Origin: Octopus bimaculoides
Lineage: Eukaryota
DNA: 64,000 bases
Direction: 5' to 3'
Assembly: GCF_001194135.2 (NCBI RefSeq)
Contig: NC_068985.1
Coordinates: 22,421,066-22,485,065 of the forward strand
Under the pieces are notes generated by a model, which searched no databases, was not told where the DNA came from, and saw nothing but the letters and a program-made list of their open reading frames with translations. Both the position numbers and the translations under genes were made by a program. Positions 62,187 to 64,000 of the stretch are shown here, in pieces. The number at the start of each line of letters is the position of its first letter. Position 1 is the first letter of the stretch.

Positions 62187-62989
62187 TAATATATGTAATG
62201 CTTAAAATAGTAATCTCTCTGCAAAAATAGCAATATATGGGGTTTTTATAACTACAAATAATTCTGGCAAGTTATATGGTACAAAGTTCATGACTGTATG
62301 TTTACTAAAGAAGAGAGCTGTCCCAATAGTAATTTAGAACTACAAACAAATTATTGCATAGTAACCACAGATATGAAGTTAACTTTCAGAGTTTAGTATG
62401 CAAATGTAGATTTAAAGACAAAATATTACTACGGCTAAACACAAGATCAAGTATGCTTTAAGAACTTCAGATATGTCCATGAATGTTACTGCTTAGCTGA
62501 CATAGTTTTAGATTTAGTAGGGTGGTAAAGATGAATAACTGATCAAATTATGAAGATGTGCTAGCTTTGGGTAAGAGAAAATACAGGAAGATAGTTAATT
62601 ATGATATTATTCAACATATTCTCCTTTCAGATTCAAGCATTTATTGCAGCCATCCTTCAGTTTCTTTAAGCCTTGTAAAAGAACTTGGAAGATTGAGCTT
62701 CCAGCCAGGCTTTTTGTGATACCTTAAAACCAGGAACTTCTCAGCACTCCTTCGTATGTGAATGTATGTTCAACATAAAATATACCAAGGAGACAGTAAA
62801 TGTATAGAGCAGAGATCGAACCCTCCCAAATAATAAACAAACCATTATATATAAAGCTAATTTATGCCAAAACTAAAAACCAGAGACTATTGTAAATCAT
62901 ATTTCACATATCTAGTACCTATAAATAGATGCAACATAAACATATGCACAAAATTTGCAAATATTTAGAAGACAAATATTTAAACTAAC

Positions 62990-63172
62990 CTGGACAAGCA
63001 CCCTTTTACACAAGCCAGCTTTTACCAAAGATTTGGCTACCCAACGGGCAGCATAGGCAGCCGAACGGTCAACCTTGGAGAAATCCTTTCCAGAAAATGC
63101 TCCGCCTCCGTGGGCACCCCATCCACCATAAGTATCAACAATTATCTTACGCCCTGTCAAACCTGCATCACC
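62990..63172 (-). CDS. MAT: S-adenosylmethionine synthase exon ([61 protein letters not shown])
   Basis: Contains the signature [13 protein letters not shown]-loop; acceptor ccatttcag| and donor |gttagt; 183 nt, phase 0 to 0. Upstream exons lie outside the window. Confidence 0.98.
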
Positions 63173-63539
63173 CTGAAATGGAAGAGAAACATAAAAAATT
63201 AAGAGGCAATGCACAAGTACATTATTCATGAACTTCCATATTTACTCAAGTACACGTAAATGAAAAAAGTGGATGTTAAAATGATGATGTTATGCAGTAG
63301 CAGTATTTCAACCTAAACCTACCCTACCAAATTTATAAGCTTGTACTTAAATGAAAAATCATTAAGTACTAATATTTTAAGTTTAAGAGAAGAAATCCTT
63401 CTGGGATAAGAGCTTGTCAATGACAGACACAAAAATCCTGTTTCATATAAACTTAGAACAGTGACAAGTAGTTGTTAGTTTGAAATACACACACACACAC
63501 ATATATATCTATAAAACAAATAATAAATGAGTATATGCA

Positions 63540-64000
63540 TATATACGTACAGGGTTGATAAGGTAATCTAGGTAGTTAGAGTATGTGACAGAGTACTTAA
63601 GATTAGATTAGTGCTTCATCATAGGCTAGCTACTGTCATCTCAGTCTATGCCCCTCAACCGGGGCTACCGGATGGTCTGAAAGACCAATTCTATGACACC
63701 CTCTTGCAAACTACCTCGTCGACAAGAGACAGAGACCTTCTCTTTGTGGCTGGTGACTTCAATGGTCATGTCGGACATTGTGCTGGAGGCTCCCATGGTA
63801 TACATGGAGGCTATGGCTTCGGTTCCCGCAATGAGGAGGGAACCAGACTGCTAGAGTTCTGTGATGCAACCGATCTTATGATTTGCAATACCAACTTCAG
63901 GAAACCTGCCTGTCACCTAGTCACCTACCAATCCGGCAGACACTCTAGCCAAATCAACTACATCCTCGCCAGAAATAGAAAAAGAGGGAGGCTTATAAAT
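63540..64000 (+). mobile_element. RTE LINE apurinic-endonuclease domain, antisense within a MAT intron
   Basis: Open frame VYAPQPG...VAGDFNGHVG...GYGFGSRNEEGTRLLEFCDATDLMICNTNF. Confidence 0.9.

Noticed and set aside
59137-63172. Canonical METTL16 nonamer UACAGAGAA in the MAT 3' UTR or at its splice sites
   Set aside because: No TACAGAR on the sense strand in the visible part; the 5' introns, where the invertebrate-type site would lie, are outside the window.
1-64000. Functional clustering of HGSNAT and MAT as a metabolic unit
   Set aside because: They are separated by more than 35 kb of transposon debris and act in unrelated pathways; nothing in the sequence suggests co-regulation.

Overview
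Eukaryotic, AT-rich, repeat-dense genomic window from a gapped short-read-style assembly (nine N runs). The SINE and RTE families look like those of octopus, so an Octopus-like cephalopod is my inference. Two spliced housekeeping genes lie on the minus strand. (1) HGSNAT (heparan-alpha-glucosaminide N-acetyltransferase): ten exons with consistent GT-AG phases at 295-16648, an uncertain first exon, and a 3' end that runs off the left edge. (2) The last three exons and 3' UTR of an S-adenosylmethionine synthase (MAT) gene at about 59.1-63.2 kb, with the 5' end off the right edge. The introns and the roughly 37 kb between the genes hold decayed transposons: tRNA-derived SINEs, RTE LINEs, a Tx1/L1-like LINE, two restriction-like-endonuclease retrotransposon fragments (CRE-like and HERO-like), a Gypsy integrase remnant, three Helitron derivatives, mariner-like and Merlin-like MITEs, and local segmental duplications. 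I found no CRISPR, rRNA or true tRNA gene and no intact novel protein system. The most unusual items are a perfect 45-bp inverted duplication inside the CRE-like element, a Merlin-like MITE carrying a telomere-repeat palindrome, sense-strand hairpins in the MAT 3' UTR, and inverted LINE pairs that bracket HGSNAT exons. All calls come from reading and translating by eye; no database search was run.
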